Position numbers and translations under genes: made by a program. DNA of 64,000 nt from Actinomycetota bacterium. Lineage in GTDB: Bacteria; Actinomycetota; UBA4738; HRBIN12. Under the pieces are notes generated by a model that saw only the letters and a list, made by a program, of their open reading frames with translations, searched no databases and had not been told where the DNA came from. The DNA lies in contig JBDTNY010000127.1 in NCBI GenBank assembly GCA_039933515.1, forward strand, positions 7,160-71,159, given 5' to 3'. This document shows positions 27,197 through 37,379 of the stretch, piece by piece; positions within the stretch are counted from its first letter, which is position 1; each line of letters starts with the position of its first letter.

Positions 27197-29269
27197 TCAC
27201 CGCTCGCCTCGGGAACGCTCTCCCGCGATCTCGATCAGGCGCTGGTGGGTGTTCACCCCTCGCTCGGTGGCGATCTTCGACCACGTGCCCTCAGGACCGA
27301 GCTCCCACGCGAGGACGTCGTCGGACAGGTTGACCTCCAGTATCTCGTCGAGCCGCGCGGTGAGGTGCGGGTCGCTCACCGGCGTGAGCGCTTCGACCCG
27401 GCGGTCGAGGTTCCGGGGCATCAGGTCGGCCGAGCCGAAGTAGTAGTCGTGACCGCGATCGTGGCTCCCGAACCGGAAGATCCTGGAGTGCTCGAGGAAG
27501 CGCCCGACCACCGACCGCACCCGGATGTCGTCCGAGAGACCCGGGACGCCGGGCCGCAGACAGCAGATGCCCCGCACGATCAGATCGACCCGCGTTCCCG
27601 CCTGCGACGCCTGGTACAGCGCGTCGATCATGTCGGGGTCGGCGAGGCTGTTCAGCTTCAGGGTGATCGTGCCGTCGCGCTGTGCGGCCTCGCGCAGGAT
27701 CAGCTCGTGGATCCGCTGACGCAGGGACACGGGCGCCACGAGCAGCTTGCGGTACTCGCGCTGCCGGCTGTAGCCGGTGAGCAGGTTGAACAGATCGGTG
27801 AGGTCGGCCCCGATCGCGTGATCGGCCGTGAGCAAGCCAAGGTCTTCATACAGCCTCGCCGTGCTCGGGTTGTAGTTGCCGGTGCCGATGTGGGCGTACC
27901 GGCGGATGCCCTCGGCCTCCCGCCGCACGATCAGGCACGTCTTCGCGTGAGTCTTGAGCCCCACGACGCCGTACACCACGTGCACGCCCGCCTGCTCGAG
28001 TGCGCGCGCCCACGTGATGTTGGCCTGCTCGTCGAACCGCGCCTTGAGCTCGACGAGCGCCACGACCTGCTTGCCGGCCTCGGCGGCGCTGATCAGCGCC
28101 CGGATGATCGGGCTGTCGGCCGAGGTGCGGTAGAGGCTCTGTTTGATCGCGAGGACCGCGGGGTCGAGCGCGGCCTGCCCGACGAACGCTTCCACGGACG
28201 TCGAGAACGAGTCGTACGGGTGGTGCACGAGCACGTCGCCCTGGCGCAGGACCCGGAACAGGTCGGGAGCCTCGTCGAGGGCGTTGAGCCGCGGTTGCGT
28301 GATCGGCTTCCACGGTTCTTCTTTCAGGTCGGGTCGATCCAGCCCCACGATCGACCAGAGCCCGCTCAGGTCGATCAGGCCGGCCGTGACGTAGACGTCA
28401 CGCTCCTCCAGCTCGAGCTCCCGCATCAATAGCGCGCGCGCTTCGGCCGTCATCGTGCCGTCGACCTCCAGCCGCACGGGGTTCGCCCCCCGACGGCGGC
28501 GCTGCAAGACATCCTCGATCGCGGCGAGGAGATCCTCGGCCTCGTCTTCTTCGACCTCGACGTCGGCGTCGCGCGTCACGCGGAACGGATGGTGCGTCAC
28601 GATCTCCATCCCCGGGAAGAGCACGTCGAGGTGGGCGGCGATCACCTGGTCCACCGGGACGAAGCGTTCGCCGTCCTCGAGCTCGAGGAACCTGGGCAGG
28701 AGGGGCGGAACCTTCACCCGGGCGAACCGCCGGACCCCGGTCATCGGGTCGCGCACGATCGCCGCGAGGTTCAGCGAGAGGCTCGACACGTACGGGAATG
28801 GGTGCGCCGGATCGACCGAGAGCGGCGTCAACACGGGGAAGATCTGGTCGTGGAAGCGAGCGGAGAGCGCCGTCCGCTCGGTTTCGTCGACCTGGTCCCA
28901 CGAGACGATGCGGATCCCGGCCTTGTCGAGCGAGGGCGTCAACTCGTCGACGAACACCCGGTCCACCCGGCTCTGGAGATCGCGGACCCGGGTCTCGATC
29001 GCCACCACCTGCTCGCCGGGGGTCATCCCCTCGGGCGTGGAGGCGCCGACCCCGGCCTCGAGTTGTTCGAGCAGCCCCGAGACGCGGATCTGGAAGAACT
29101 CGTCGAGATTCTGCGAATAGATCGCCAGGAACTTCACGCGTTCGAGCAACGGCAGCCCGGGGTCCTCGGCGAGCGCCAGCACGCGAGCGTCGAAGTCGAG
29201 CCAGGACAGCTCGCGGTTGAGGTAGCGGGACCCCGGGTCGAACAGCGCGGGCTGCAGCGAAGGCTCCAT
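27197..29269 (-). CDS. ppk: polyphosphate kinase 1
   Basis: PPK1 N, H and two PLD-like C domains (RELSWLDFDARVL, VVGLKTHAKTCLIVRRE, YAHIGTGNYNPSTARLYEDLGL, GSADLMPRNLDRRVE). Start ATG at 29269 (MEPSLQPALFD). The track ORF is extended 139 codons upstream. Confidence 0.9.
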   Translation of the reverse strand: MEPSLQPALFDPGSRYLNRELSWLDFDARVLALAEDPGLPLLERVKFLAIYSQNLDEFFQIRVSGLLEQLEAGVGASTPEGMTPGEQVVAIETRVRDLQSRVDRVFVDELTPSLDKAGIRIVSWDQVDETERTALSARFHDQIFPVLTPLSVDPAHPFPYVSSLSLNLAAIVRDPMTGVRRFARVKVPPLLPRFLELEDGERFVPVDQVIAAHLDVLFPGMEIVTHHPFRVTRDADVEVEEDEAEDLLAAIEDVLQRRRRGANPVRLEVDGTMTAEARALLMRELELEERDVYVTAGLIDLSGLWSIVGLDRPDLKEEPWKPITQPRLNALDEAPDLFRVLRQGDVLVHHPYDSFSTSVEAFVGQAALDPAVLAIKQSLYRTSADSPIIRALISAAEAGKQVVALVELKARFDEQANITWARALEQAGVHVVYGVVGLKTHAKTCLIVRREAEGIRRYAHIGTGNYNPSTARLYEDLGLLTADHAIGADLTDLFNLLTGYSRQREYRKLLVAPVSLRQRIHELILREAAQRDGTITLKLNSLADPDMIDALYQASQAGTRVDLIVRGICCLRPGVPGLSDDIRVRSVVGRFLEHSRIFRFGSHDRGHDYYFGSADLMPRNLDRRVEALTPVSDPHLTARLDEILEVNLSDDVLAWELGPEGTWSKIATERGVNTHQRLIEIAGERSRGER

Positions 29270-29453
29270 GGTCGTGTCGGGCGGCGCGCCGGCGGCGATG
29301 CCGGTGCGCCTCCATGGTAGGGACGGTCCCTCCGTGCCGCAACCGGCGCGATCCAGGCAGGTCCCGTGCAGGCGGGATCCGGGCGACGCGGTACCCTTTG
29401 GGCCGCCCGGCGTCGTCAGATCGCCGCGCACCATGCCACGCGAAGGGGGAACC

Positions 29454-30077
29454 GTGAAGCTCAAGGTCTCGCAGCGGCCCGAAGCGTTCTTCGACCTGTT
29501 CGAGGAATCCGGCGCGAACCTGTTCGCGGCGACCGGCGACCTCCTCAACCTCGTGCACGAGTACGAGCACGTCGAGCTCAAGGCGCGTGCGATCGCCGAG
29601 CGGGAGCACACGGGCGACGAGATCACCCACGCGATCATCCGGTTGCTGAACACCACGTTCGTGACCCCGATGGACCGCGAGGACATCTACACACTCGCCA
29701 CCGCCCTCGACGATGTGATGGACGAGGTGGAGGCGGCCGCGGACCTCTTCGTCCTACACCACATCGAGGCACCGCTGCCCGAGATGCGGTCGCAGGCCGA
29801 GGTGTTGCACCGGGCGGCCGAGCAGACCGAGGCCGCCCTGAAGGCGTTCCGCAACCTGAAGCGAGATGAGCTCGAGCCCTACTGGGTCGAGATCAACCGC
29901 CTCGAGAACGAGGGTGACCAGCTCTACCGGCGCGCCGTCGCCGACCTGTTCTCCGGCGACCACCCGGCCATGGACGTGCTCCGCTGGAAGGCGGTCATCG
30001 AGTCGCTGGAGGAGGCACTGGATGGCCTCGAGAACGTCGCGAACGTGATCGAGTCGGTGGTCCTCAAGCACGCCTGA
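29454..30077 (+). CDS. DUF47-family protein (PhoU-like phosphate-transport regulator, TIGR00153-like), orphan copy
   Basis: KLKVSQRPEAFFDLFEE...VLKHA is typical DUF47. GTG at 29454 follows GAAGGGGGAACC. Paralog of the pitA-linked copy at 31330..31947. Confidence 0.7.
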   Translation: MKLKVSQRPEAFFDLFEESGANLFAATGDLLNLVHEYEHVELKARAIAEREHTGDEITHAIIRLLNTTFVTPMDREDIYTLATALDDVMDEVEAAADLFVLHHIEAPLPEMRSQAEVLHRAAEQTEAALKAFRNLKRDELEPYWVEINRLENEGDQLYRRAVADLFSGDHPAMDVLRWKAVIESLEEALDGLENVANVIESVVLKHA

Positions 30078-30089
30078 TCGGCGTGGCGC

Positions 30090-30344
30090 TCACCCCTCCG
30101 CGGGCGGGTCGTGCGGAGTGGTGTGGGTGACCGGACGCCGCGCCCGCGCCGCGGCCACGTCCTTCGCACCCGGGCTCCAGCGCACGAGCGAGCGTTCCTC
30201 GAGGAACAGCAGCACCGCCCAGAGCATCGCGAGACCGGCCGCGGCCAGGTTCACCCACCGATACTCGGCGGGGGTCGGCTCCAGCATCAGCATGCAGACC
30301 GCCGCGAGCCCGGTGAAGAACAGCGGCCGTCGCCCGATCCTCAT
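30090..30344 (-). CDS. small membrane protein (84 aa, 2 TM) translationally coupled to pitA
   Basis: MRIGRRPLFFTGLAAVCMLMLEP..VNLAAAGLAMLWAVLLFLEE. ATG overlaps the pitA TGA (ATGA). High GC3. It is the tail of track ORF 30090..31202. Confidence 0.4.
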   Translation of the reverse strand: MRIGRRPLFFTGLAAVCMLMLEPTPAEYRWVNLAAAGLAMLWAVLLFLEERSLVRWSPGAKDVAAARARRPVTHTTPHDPPAEG

Positions 30345-31333
30345 CCCGCCGCCTTGAAGGGCAGATAGGCGAGATAGCTGATCACGAACGCCCCCGGGAT
30401 CGTGAGCACCCAGGCCCACACCACACGACCGGCCACCCCCCAGCGAACCGCCGAGAGCCGCTGCGTGCTGCCGACCCCGACGATCGCGCCGGTGATCGTG
30501 TGGGTCGTCGAGACCGGGATACCGGCGAAGGTGCTCGCCATGATCGTGACGGCCGCCGCCGTCTCGGCCGCCATCCCTTGCGCAGGCTGGAGCTTCGTGA
30601 TCTTCGAGCCCATCGTGTGCACGATCCGCCATCCACCGAAGAGCGTGCCGAGCCCGATGGCGCTGTGCGCGGCGAGCACCACCCACAACGGCACATCGGC
30701 CTCCTTGGGCAAGACGCCGTTCGCGATCAGCAACGCCAAGATGATCCCCATCGTCTTCTGAGCGTCGTTCGCACCGTGCGCGAGGCTGAACGAGGCCGCC
30801 GAGAACAGCTGGCCCACCCGGAAACCCCGGTTCAGCCGGTCGAGGCGTCGCCGGCGGTGGAAGACCCAGTAGATCAGCACCATGAAGGTGAAGCCCAGCA
30901 GCAGCCCCACCACCGGCGAGAGCACGATGAACACCGCGATCTTCTGGAACCCGGTCGCGATGAGGGCGCTCCATCCGGAGCTCGCGACGGCGGCGCCCGC
31001 CATCGCACCGACGAGCGCGTGCGAGGAGCTCGTCGGCAGACCAAGCCACCAGGTGATGATGTCCCAGGCCACGGCGCCGACGAGGCCGGCGAAGATCACC
31101 GCGTTGTCGAAGACGGCGGGGTTCACCACGTCCTTCGCGATCGTGGCGGCGACCTGCGTCCCGAAGACCAGGAAGGCCACGAAGTTGAAGAACGCCGCCC
31201 ACACGACGGCTTGCTGGGGCGAGAGCACGCGCGTCGAGACGACCGTCGCGATCGAGTTCGCGGCGTCATGGAACCCGTTGAAGAAGTCGAACGACAGGGC
31301 GATCCCGATGATGAGCACGACCCAGATCGTCAT
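30341..31333 (-). CDS. pitA: inorganic phosphate transporter (PiT/PHO4 family)
   Basis: GFHDAANSIATVVSTR and a second GANDAQKTMGIILALL repeat. Start ATG at 31333 overlaps the stop of the upstream DUF47 gene. Confidence 0.85.
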   Translation of the reverse strand: MTIWVVLIIGIALSFDFFNGFHDAANSIATVVSTRVLSPQQAVVWAAFFNFVAFLVFGTQVAATIAKDVVNPAVFDNAVIFAGLVGAVAWDIITWWLGLPTSSSHALVGAMAGAAVASSGWSALIATGFQKIAVFIVLSPVVGLLLGFTFMVLIYWVFHRRRRLDRLNRGFRVGQLFSAASFSLAHGANDAQKTMGIILALLIANGVLPKEADVPLWVVLAAHSAIGLGTLFGGWRIVHTMGSKITKLQPAQGMAAETAAAVTIMASTFAGIPVSTTHTITGAIVGVGSTQRLSAVRWGVAGRVVWAWVLTIPGAFVISYLAYLPFKAAG

Positions 31334-31947
31334 GCGAACTTGAGCACCACCGATTCGAGCGTGTTCGCGATGTCCTCGCACTTGTCGATCGCGGCCTCGG
31401 CCTCGGACAGGAGGTCCTTCCACATGAGGACCTCCATCGCGCCGAAGTCGCCCGCGTAGAGCTCGGCCACGCCGTGGCGAAAGAGCCAGTCCCCTTCACG
31501 CTCGGCCCGGCGCACGGCGGCGCACGCCGCGACGACGCCTTGCATCCCCCGCAGGTCCCGGACGGCGAGCGCCACGGACGTGGCAGCCTGCCGGAGCGTG
31601 TCGAGCTGCAGAACGAACTGCGGCAACGGCTCGGTGATCCTCAACAGAACCAGGAGGTCGGCCATGGCCTCGGCCGAGTCCAAGACGTCGTCGAGCGTCG
31701 ACGCCAGCACGTGGATGTCCTTCCGATCGAACGGGGTGACGAAGGTCGTGTTGACCAGGTCGATGATCTGGTGGGTGAGGTCGTCGCCGGTGTGTTCGAG
31801 ATCGCGGATCCGAGCCGCGTAGCGTTCGCTGTTCGGCAGATCGGACACCAGCGCCGTCAGGTCGACCACTCCGAGGACGACGCCGTCGGCCAGCCGGTCG
31901 AACAGGTCGAAGAAGGCGAGCTCCCTCGGGATGACCTGGAACGGCAC
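31330..31947 (-). CDS. DUF47-family protein (PitA-associated PhoU-like regulator)
   Basis: VPFQVIPRELAFFDLFDRL...VLKFA. GTG at 31947 is preceded by GGAGGAG. Classic DUF47-pitA pair. Confidence 0.75.
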   Translation of the reverse strand: MPFQVIPRELAFFDLFDRLADGVVLGVVDLTALVSDLPNSERYAARIRDLEHTGDDLTHQIIDLVNTTFVTPFDRKDIHVLASTLDDVLDSAEAMADLLVLLRITEPLPQFVLQLDTLRQAATSVALAVRDLRGMQGVVAACAAVRRAEREGDWLFRHGVAELYAGDFGAMEVLMWKDLLSEAEAAIDKCEDIANTLESVVLKFA

Positions 31948-32045
31948 GGCGCGACTCCTCCCCCGACCCGCCCGGTCGGCCGAGCGCAAGCTACAGGCTG
32001 GGCCATCGGGTGTCCACCCTGGCCGGGCGGCCGCGACAAGGACCT

Positions 32046-32741
32046 TCAGTCGACGAACTTGTACCCGAGACCGCGGACCGTGACGAGATGCTCGGGCGCG
32101 TGCGGATCGCGTTCGATCTTGCGGCGCACCCGCTTGATGTGGACGTCGAGGGTCTTCGTATCGCCTACGTAGTCCGCCCCCCATATCTCCGCGATCAGCA
32201 CTTCTCTGGTCAAGAGCCGTCCCTTGCGCCGAAGGAGCGCTGCCAAGAGCTCGAACTCCTTGGGCGGGAAACCCACCCTTTCGCCCCGCACGAGCACCTC
32301 GTGCCTGATCGCGTCGAGCACGACCGGCCCGCCCGCGATCGCGTCGTCGCGGTCGCCCGGCGCGCGCATCGCGGCACGACGCAGGTGGGCCCGGACCCTG
32401 GAGACCAGCTCGCGCACCGAGAATGGCTTCGTGACGTAGTCGTCGGCCCCAAGCTCGAGCCCCGCAACCTTGTCGGCCTCCGAGTCTTTCGCCGTCACCA
32501 TGATGATCGGCACCTGGGACTCCTCGCGGATCGTGCGGCATACGTCGAGCCCCGAGAGCTCCGGCAGCATCAGGTCCAAGATCACCAGCGAGGGGCGCTC
32601 GGTGCGGAACCGCTCGACCGCGGCGCGGCCGTCGGTCGCCACCGACACCTCGTACCCCTCGCGCTCGAGGTTGTAGCGAACGGAGTCGGCGAGCGACGCC
32701 TCGTCCTCGACGATCAGGATGCGTGTGAGGGGTTCCGTCAT
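32046..32741 (-). CDS. OmpR/PhoB-family response regulator (RegX3/PhoP-like)
   Basis: REC domain (ILIVEDE..DLMLPELSGLDV..TAKD) plus a winged-helix trans_reg_C (TREVLIAEIWGADYVGDTKTLDVHIKRVRRKIE). Last gene after phoU in the pst operon. Confidence 0.85.
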   Translation of the reverse strand: MTEPLTRILIVEDEASLADSVRYNLEREGYEVSVATDGRAAVERFRTERPSLVILDLMLPELSGLDVCRTIREESQVPIIMVTAKDSEADKVAGLELGADDYVTKPFSVRELVSRVRAHLRRAAMRAPGDRDDAIAGGPVVLDAIRHEVLVRGERVGFPPKEFELLAALLRRKGRLLTREVLIAEIWGADYVGDTKTLDVHIKRVRRKIERDPHAPEHLVTVRGLGYKFVD

Positions 32742-32745
32742 GCGC

Positions 32746-33423
32746 TCAGCCGGTGTCGCCGTGAGACGCGTCGGTGAACTCGCGGAATTCTCCGGTCAGG
32801 AGGAACCCCACCTGCTCGGCGATATCGACCGCGTTGTCCCCCACGCGCTCGAGCGCACGGGCGGCCATGTTCATGTGCATCCCCCAGTCCAGCGCCCCGG
32901 GGTCGTCGGCGAGCTTCAACGCCTCGAGGTGCGTGGCTCGGTTCAAGCGATCCACCGGGTCGTCCATCGTGGGCAGCCGAAGACACAGCTCGAGGTCGCG
33001 CTTGGCGAACGATTCCATCGAGGTGCGGATCATGCCGACCACGAGCGTGCCCATCTCCTCGAGCTGCTGGCGCATCACGGCGCTCCCGGGCAGATCCTTC
33101 GTCGCCAAGAACATCTTCGCGACGTTCACGGCTTGGTCGCCGATACGCTCCAGATGAAGGCAGCTATGCAGGATCGCCGACACCAGCCGGAGGTCGGCCG
33201 CCACCGGCGACTGCAGCGCGAGGACGTGCAGCACGTCATGGTCGATGCGCAGGTAGAGGTCATCGATCGCGTCGTCGGCTTCGATCACATCGAGGGCAAG
33301 GGGTTCGTCGACGGTGACGAGCGCCTCGACCGCTCGCTGTACGGCGGCGGCGGCCAGCTCGCCTTGGGCGAGCAGGTCGAGCTCGATCCGCTCGAGGGAC
33401 TGGTGGAAGGAGGCGCGGGTCAT
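32746..33423 (-). CDS. phoU: phosphate signaling complex protein PhoU
   Basis: Two PhoU repeats ([13 protein letters not shown] ; [13 protein letters not shown]). Confidence 0.85.
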   Translation of the reverse strand: MTRASFHQSLERIELDLLAQGELAAAAVQRAVEALVTVDEPLALDVIEADDAIDDLYLRIDHDVLHVLALQSPVAADLRLVSAILHSCLHLERIGDQAVNVAKMFLATKDLPGSAVMRQQLEEMGTLVVGMIRTSMESFAKRDLELCLRLPTMDDPVDRLNRATHLEALKLADDPGALDWGMHMNMAARALERVGDNAVDIAEQVGFLLTGEFREFTDASHGDTG

Positions 33424-34328
33424 CCGAACCTCCCCGTCACGTAGGCCTCGGTTCGCTCATCGCTCGGGTTCGTGAAGATCGTCTCGGTGCGATCGAACTC
33501 GACCACGCGGCCCGTTCGCTGTCCCTGGTCCGACACCTCGACGGTGAAGAACGCCGTTCGGTCGCTGACGCGCGCGGCCTGTTGCATGTTGTGGGTGACG
33601 ATCACGATCGTGTACTCGGAGAGCAGTTCCTGCATCAGGTCCTCGATGCGTGCCGTGGCGATCGGATCGAGAGCAGAGCACGGCTCGTCCATCAAGATCA
33701 CGTCGGGCCTCGTGGCGATCGCCCGCGCGATGCACAGCCGCTGCTGCTGTCCACCGGAGAGCGCCAGCCCGGACTCCTTCAGCTTGTCCTTCACCTCGTC
33801 CCAGAGCGCCGCCTTGCGGAGCGACTCTTCGACGAGCTCGTCCATGTTGGCCTTGAAGCCGGCGATCCTGGGACCGAACGCGATGTTGTCGTAGATCGAC
33901 TTCGGGAACGGGTTCGGTTTCTGGAAGACCATGCCGATGCGCCTGCGAACCTCCACCGGATCCACCCGAGGGTCGTAGAGATCCACGCCGTGGTAGTTCA
34001 CCGTCCCTTCGACGCGGGCACCTTCGATCAGGTCGTTCATGCGATTGAGGCAGCGCAGGAAGGTGGTCTTGCCGCAGCCCGACGGGCCGATCAGGGCGGT
34101 GATCTCGTGCTCGAGGATCGGCAGCGTGACATCGCGGACGGCGCGGAACTCGCCGTAGTACACGGATAGATCCCGCACGTCGAACACGATGTCTCGCGTG
34201 GCTTCTTGCTCGACGGTTTCCCTCGGGGCCCTGATCGTCAGGTATCCCGCCTCCTCGGCAGCTTGGTCGGCACGGGTCGCGCCCGGCACGATCACGGTGG
34301 TCTCCATCTCATCACCACTTCCGGTCAT
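33420..34328 (-). CDS. pstB: phosphate ABC transporter ATP-binding protein
   Basis: Walker [36 protein letters not shown]. Start may be the internal ATG (METTVIV), 4 nt after the pstA stop. Confidence 0.9.
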   Translation of the reverse strand: MTGSGDEMETTVIVPGATRADQAAEEAGYLTIRAPRETVEQEATRDIVFDVRDLSVYYGEFRAVRDVTLPILEHEITALIGPSGCGKTTFLRCLNRMNDLIEGARVEGTVNYHGVDLYDPRVDPVEVRRRIGMVFQKPNPFPKSIYDNIAFGPRIAGFKANMDELVEESLRKAALWDEVKDKLKESGLALSGGQQQRLCIARAIATRPDVILMDEPCSALDPIATARIEDLMQELLSEYTIVIVTHNMQQAARVSDRTAFFTVEVSDQGQRTGRVVEFDRTETIFTNPSDERTEAYVTGRFG

Positions 34329-35262
34329 ATCGGTTCCTCAGGAGGATCGCGAGCGCGTTCACCACGAGGATGGCGACGAGAAGCACGACGATAGCCGCCG
34401 CCGTGTTCTCCCGCCATCCGTCCCCGGCAAGCTTGGTCCAGGCGTAGATCTGCGTGGGGAGCGACGTGTACTGACCCTGCAAGATCTCGAGCGGCGTGCG
34501 GCCCGTCGGCGTCGAGAGATACCCGGTCACCGCCCCCACCAACAGGAGCGGGGCGGTCTCGCCGAACGCCCGAGCGAGCGAGAGGATCGCACCGGTCAGC
34601 ATGCCCGGCGCGGCGTACGGCAGCACGTGGCTGCGCACGACCTCCCATCGCGTGGCGCCGACCCCGTAGGCAGCTTCGCGGATCCCGGTCGGAACCGCGC
34701 GGAGCGCCTCCATCGTGATCAGGATGATGATCGGCATCACGAGCACCGAGAGCGTCAGGGCGCCCGAGAGGTAGCTCCGGCCGTACACGTTCGGACCGGT
34801 GACGGCCCGCAGCGCCTGCACGAACACGACGAGCCCCAGGATGCCGTAGACGACCGAAGGGACCCCCGCCAGGTTCCGGATGTTGGTGATCAGCAGGCGG
34901 TTCAACCGCGAGTCCCGCGCGTACTCCTGCAGATAGACGGCCGCCGCGATCCCGAGCGGGAGCGCGATGACCGCGACGAACCCGACCAGGATCAGCGAGC
35001 CCACGAGCCCCTGCCAGACGCCGGTGCGGGAATCCAGCCGCGACGTGTCGCTCGTGATGAAGGCGGCGCCGCGTGTCGAGAGCACGGGCCAGGCCGCTTG
35101 AAGCGTCGTCGCGAGCAGCACGAGCAGGACCCCGAGCGAGAGCAGGAGCGCGGCGATCAGGAGCCCGCTGAACAGCGCGCTGCCGACATCCCGCTTCTTG
35201 CCCCTGAGCGCCGCCTCGACGCTCGCGCGGGTGGCCGTCGTCGACGCGGCGATCTCTGACAT
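34312..35262 (-). CDS. pstA: phosphate ABC transporter permease PstA
   Basis: The C-terminal 316 aa of track ORF 34312..36381. ABC-permease EAA-like loop. ATG at 35262 overlaps the pstC stop by 1 nt (TGATG). The remainder of the track ORF is read-through into pstC. Confidence 0.85.
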   Translation of the reverse strand: MSEIAASTTATRASVEAALRGKKRDVGSALFSGLLIAALLLSLGVLLVLLATTLQAAWPVLSTRGAAFITSDTSRLDSRTGVWQGLVGSLILVGFVAVIALPLGIAAAVYLQEYARDSRLNRLLITNIRNLAGVPSVVYGILGLVVFVQALRAVTGPNVYGRSYLSGALTLSVLVMPIIILITMEALRAVPTGIREAAYGVGATRWEVVRSHVLPYAAPGMLTGAILSLARAFGETAPLLLVGAVTGYLSTPTGRTPLEILQGQYTSLPTQIYAWTKLAGDGWRENTAAAIVVLLVAILVVNALAILLRNRYDRKW

Positions 35263-36206
35263 CACCGGCTCCTTCGCATGCGTCGGACGAACCGCTCGCT
35301 GGCCATGTTCAGGCCGAACGTGATGAGGAACAGCACCAGCCCCACGAAGTACAACGCCGCGAACGGATCCACGCCGCCTGCATCGGAGCTCTTCACACTG
35401 TCGGAGCCGATCGCAAGGGAGGCGATCGCCCCGGTCATCGTCTGGCCGGGCTCGAGCGGGTTGTAGCGACGTGGCGCCTGGCCGGTGGCGCCCGCTGCAA
35501 GCGCGACGACCATCGTCTCGCCGACCGCGCGGGAGAACGCCAGCAGCAGGCCGGCCACGATCCCCGAGACCGCGGCCGGCAACACGACGCGGATCGCGAC
35601 CGTCCGCCGCTTCGCCCCGATGCCGTACGCCGCTTCGCGCAACGCCGACGGCACCGCGTGCATCGCGTCCTCGGCGACCGACGCCACGAGCGGGAGCGTC
35701 AAGATCCCGACGCCGATACCCGCAGCCATGATCGTGAACGTGCTCGTGGCTCCCATGAGGTTCTGCACGATCTGCGGGTTGATCACCTGCAGGGCGAAGT
35801 AGCCGAGCACCACGCTCGGGATACTCGCGAGGGTCTCGATGATGGGCTTGAGTCGGCGACGCGTTCGGGGGCCGGCGTACTCCGAGAGGTACATCGCCGC
35901 GCCCAGACCGAGGGGAGCCGCGATCGCCATCGCGATGACGGAGACCATGAAAGTCCCGATCAGGAGCGTCGGGATGTCGAACTCGCCACGGCGCGGCGAC
36001 CAGGTACCGCTCCACAGCGCCGGAAGGTCGACCGCGCGCAGGAACAGGAACGCCTCGCCCGCCAGGGCCACCACGATCGCGAGGCTGATCACGAGCGACA
36101 GTCCTGCGGCACCGATGAGGACGGCCCGGATCACCGACTCCTTGCGTCGGCGCCGGGCGTTGCCCCGCAGTTCGCCGAGCGTGATCTCGTCCCGTGTCAG
36201 CTCCAT
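35262..36206 (-). CDS. pstC: phosphate ABC transporter permease PstC
   Basis: 314 aa, 6 TM, permease signature (ASIPSVVLGYFAL, REAAYGIGAKR). Confidence 0.85.
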   Translation of the reverse strand: MELTRDEITLGELRGNARRRRKESVIRAVLIGAAGLSLVISLAIVVALAGEAFLFLRAVDLPALWSGTWSPRRGEFDIPTLLIGTFMVSVIAMAIAAPLGLGAAMYLSEYAGPRTRRRLKPIIETLASIPSVVLGYFALQVINPQIVQNLMGATSTFTIMAAGIGVGILTLPLVASVAEDAMHAVPSALREAAYGIGAKRRTVAIRVVLPAAVSGIVAGLLLAFSRAVGETMVVALAAGATGQAPRRYNPLEPGQTMTGAIASLAIGSDSVKSSDAGGVDPFAALYFVGLVLFLITFGLNMASERFVRRMRRSR

Positions 36207-36274
36207 CGCTCCCTGTCTCCCGTGCGGGGAGGCACCGAGCCTCGGCCCGGCCCCCCCGCAACCGCCCCTGCCGT

Positions 36275-37309
36275 CTAGGATCCCGACGCCGCCGCCCAGG
36301 CGCTCCGGGTCGTCGCGACCCGGTCGGCCGGAAGCGGCACGTAGCCCGTCTCGCTGACGGCGGTCTGCAAACCGTCGTCACTCACGTAGAAGTCGACGAA
36401 CGACTTCAGCGCGTCGCTCGTCGAGAGCTTCGCTTGGTTGACGTAGATGAAGAGCGACCGGCTCAACGGGTAGGACCCGTCGGCGATCGTGGCCGCGGTC
36501 GGCGACACGCATCCACTCCCCCCGTCGATCTGGATCTCTTTGACCTGGTCGGCCGCGCCCTGCGCATACGCGAATCCGACGAAACCGAGCGAGCTGTCCG
36601 ATCCCTCCATCGCGGTGATGATGACGTTGTCGTCCGGCGACCCCAGATAGTCGTTCCGCAGCGCCACGGCCTGCGCCTCGGGTAGCCCCTGGGCGATCGC
36701 CGTTTCGCCGATCCCGGCAAGGTCGATGAACGCGTCGTAGGTCCCCGACTCCTCACCGGGCGCCGTGATCTCAAGGGGTGCGTCGGGGAACCCGCCGCTG
36801 CCACCGACCTGCTTGGCCAGGCTGTCGGCTCCCGACCAGGTGTCGATACCCGAAGACTCGGGCCCGAACAGTGCGTAGAGGTCGCCGAGGTTCAGGCACT
36901 CAACCCCGGTGTTCGCGGGGTTCGTCATGACGGTGACGCCGTCGAGGCTGACCTCGAGCTCGGTGTATTCGATGCCGGCGTTCTTGCACGCCTTCGCCTC
37001 TTCGGGCTCGATCGGGCGGGACGCGTCGCTGATATCGGTCTCGCCCTTGCAGAAGAGCACGAATCCATCGCCCGTGCCCGGGCCGTCCACGCTAATCGCG
37101 ACGTTCGGGCTGGTCTCGTTGAACAACTCGGCGACGAACGACGAGATCGGCTCGACCGTCGATGAGCCCGAGATCACGATCGAGCCCGAGAGGGCAGCCG
37201 ATCCCGACGCACCCCCGTTCGTCGAATCATCGCTGCTGCATGCCGCGAGCGCGACCGCTCCGACGACGATGACCGCGATCGTCGCGGCCGACCTGCGGAA
37301 CCGGTGCAT
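36275..37309 (-). CDS. pstS: phosphate ABC transporter substrate-binding lipoprotein PstS
   Basis: Lipoprotein signal (AVALAACSS) followed by PBP-fold motifs (ISGSSTVEP, GTGDGF). ATG at 37309 is preceded by GAGGAGGGG. The track ORF is extended 320 codons upstream. Confidence 0.85.
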   Translation of the reverse strand: MHRFRRSAATIAVIVVGAVALAACSSDDSTNGGASGSAALSGSIVISGSSTVEPISSFVAELFNETSPNVAISVDGPGTGDGFVLFCKGETDISDASRPIEPEEAKACKNAGIEYTELEVSLDGVTVMTNPANTGVECLNLGDLYALFGPESSGIDTWSGADSLAKQVGGSGGFPDAPLEITAPGEESGTYDAFIDLAGIGETAIAQGLPEAQAVALRNDYLGSPDDNVIITAMEGSDSSLGFVGFAYAQGAADQVKEIQIDGGSGCVSPTAATIADGSYPLSRSLFIYVNQAKLSTSDALKSFVDFYVSDDGLQTAVSETGYVPLPADRVATTRSAWAAASGS

Positions 37310-37379
37310 CAGAGATCCCCTCCTCGTTGTGGACGTCGCATCGAATGTAGGGATGCCAGGTAGCCGCCCCGTAGCCCGG

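Noticed and set aside
26207-28432. 741-aa plus-strand ORF
   Set aside because: Antisense to the CHAD gene and ppk. It is a low-complexity Arg/Pro/Ala translation.
31948-32045. Second PHO box upstream of the DUF47-pitA operon
   Set aside because: No GTTCAnn direct repeats with 11-bp spacing were found in this 98-nt region.
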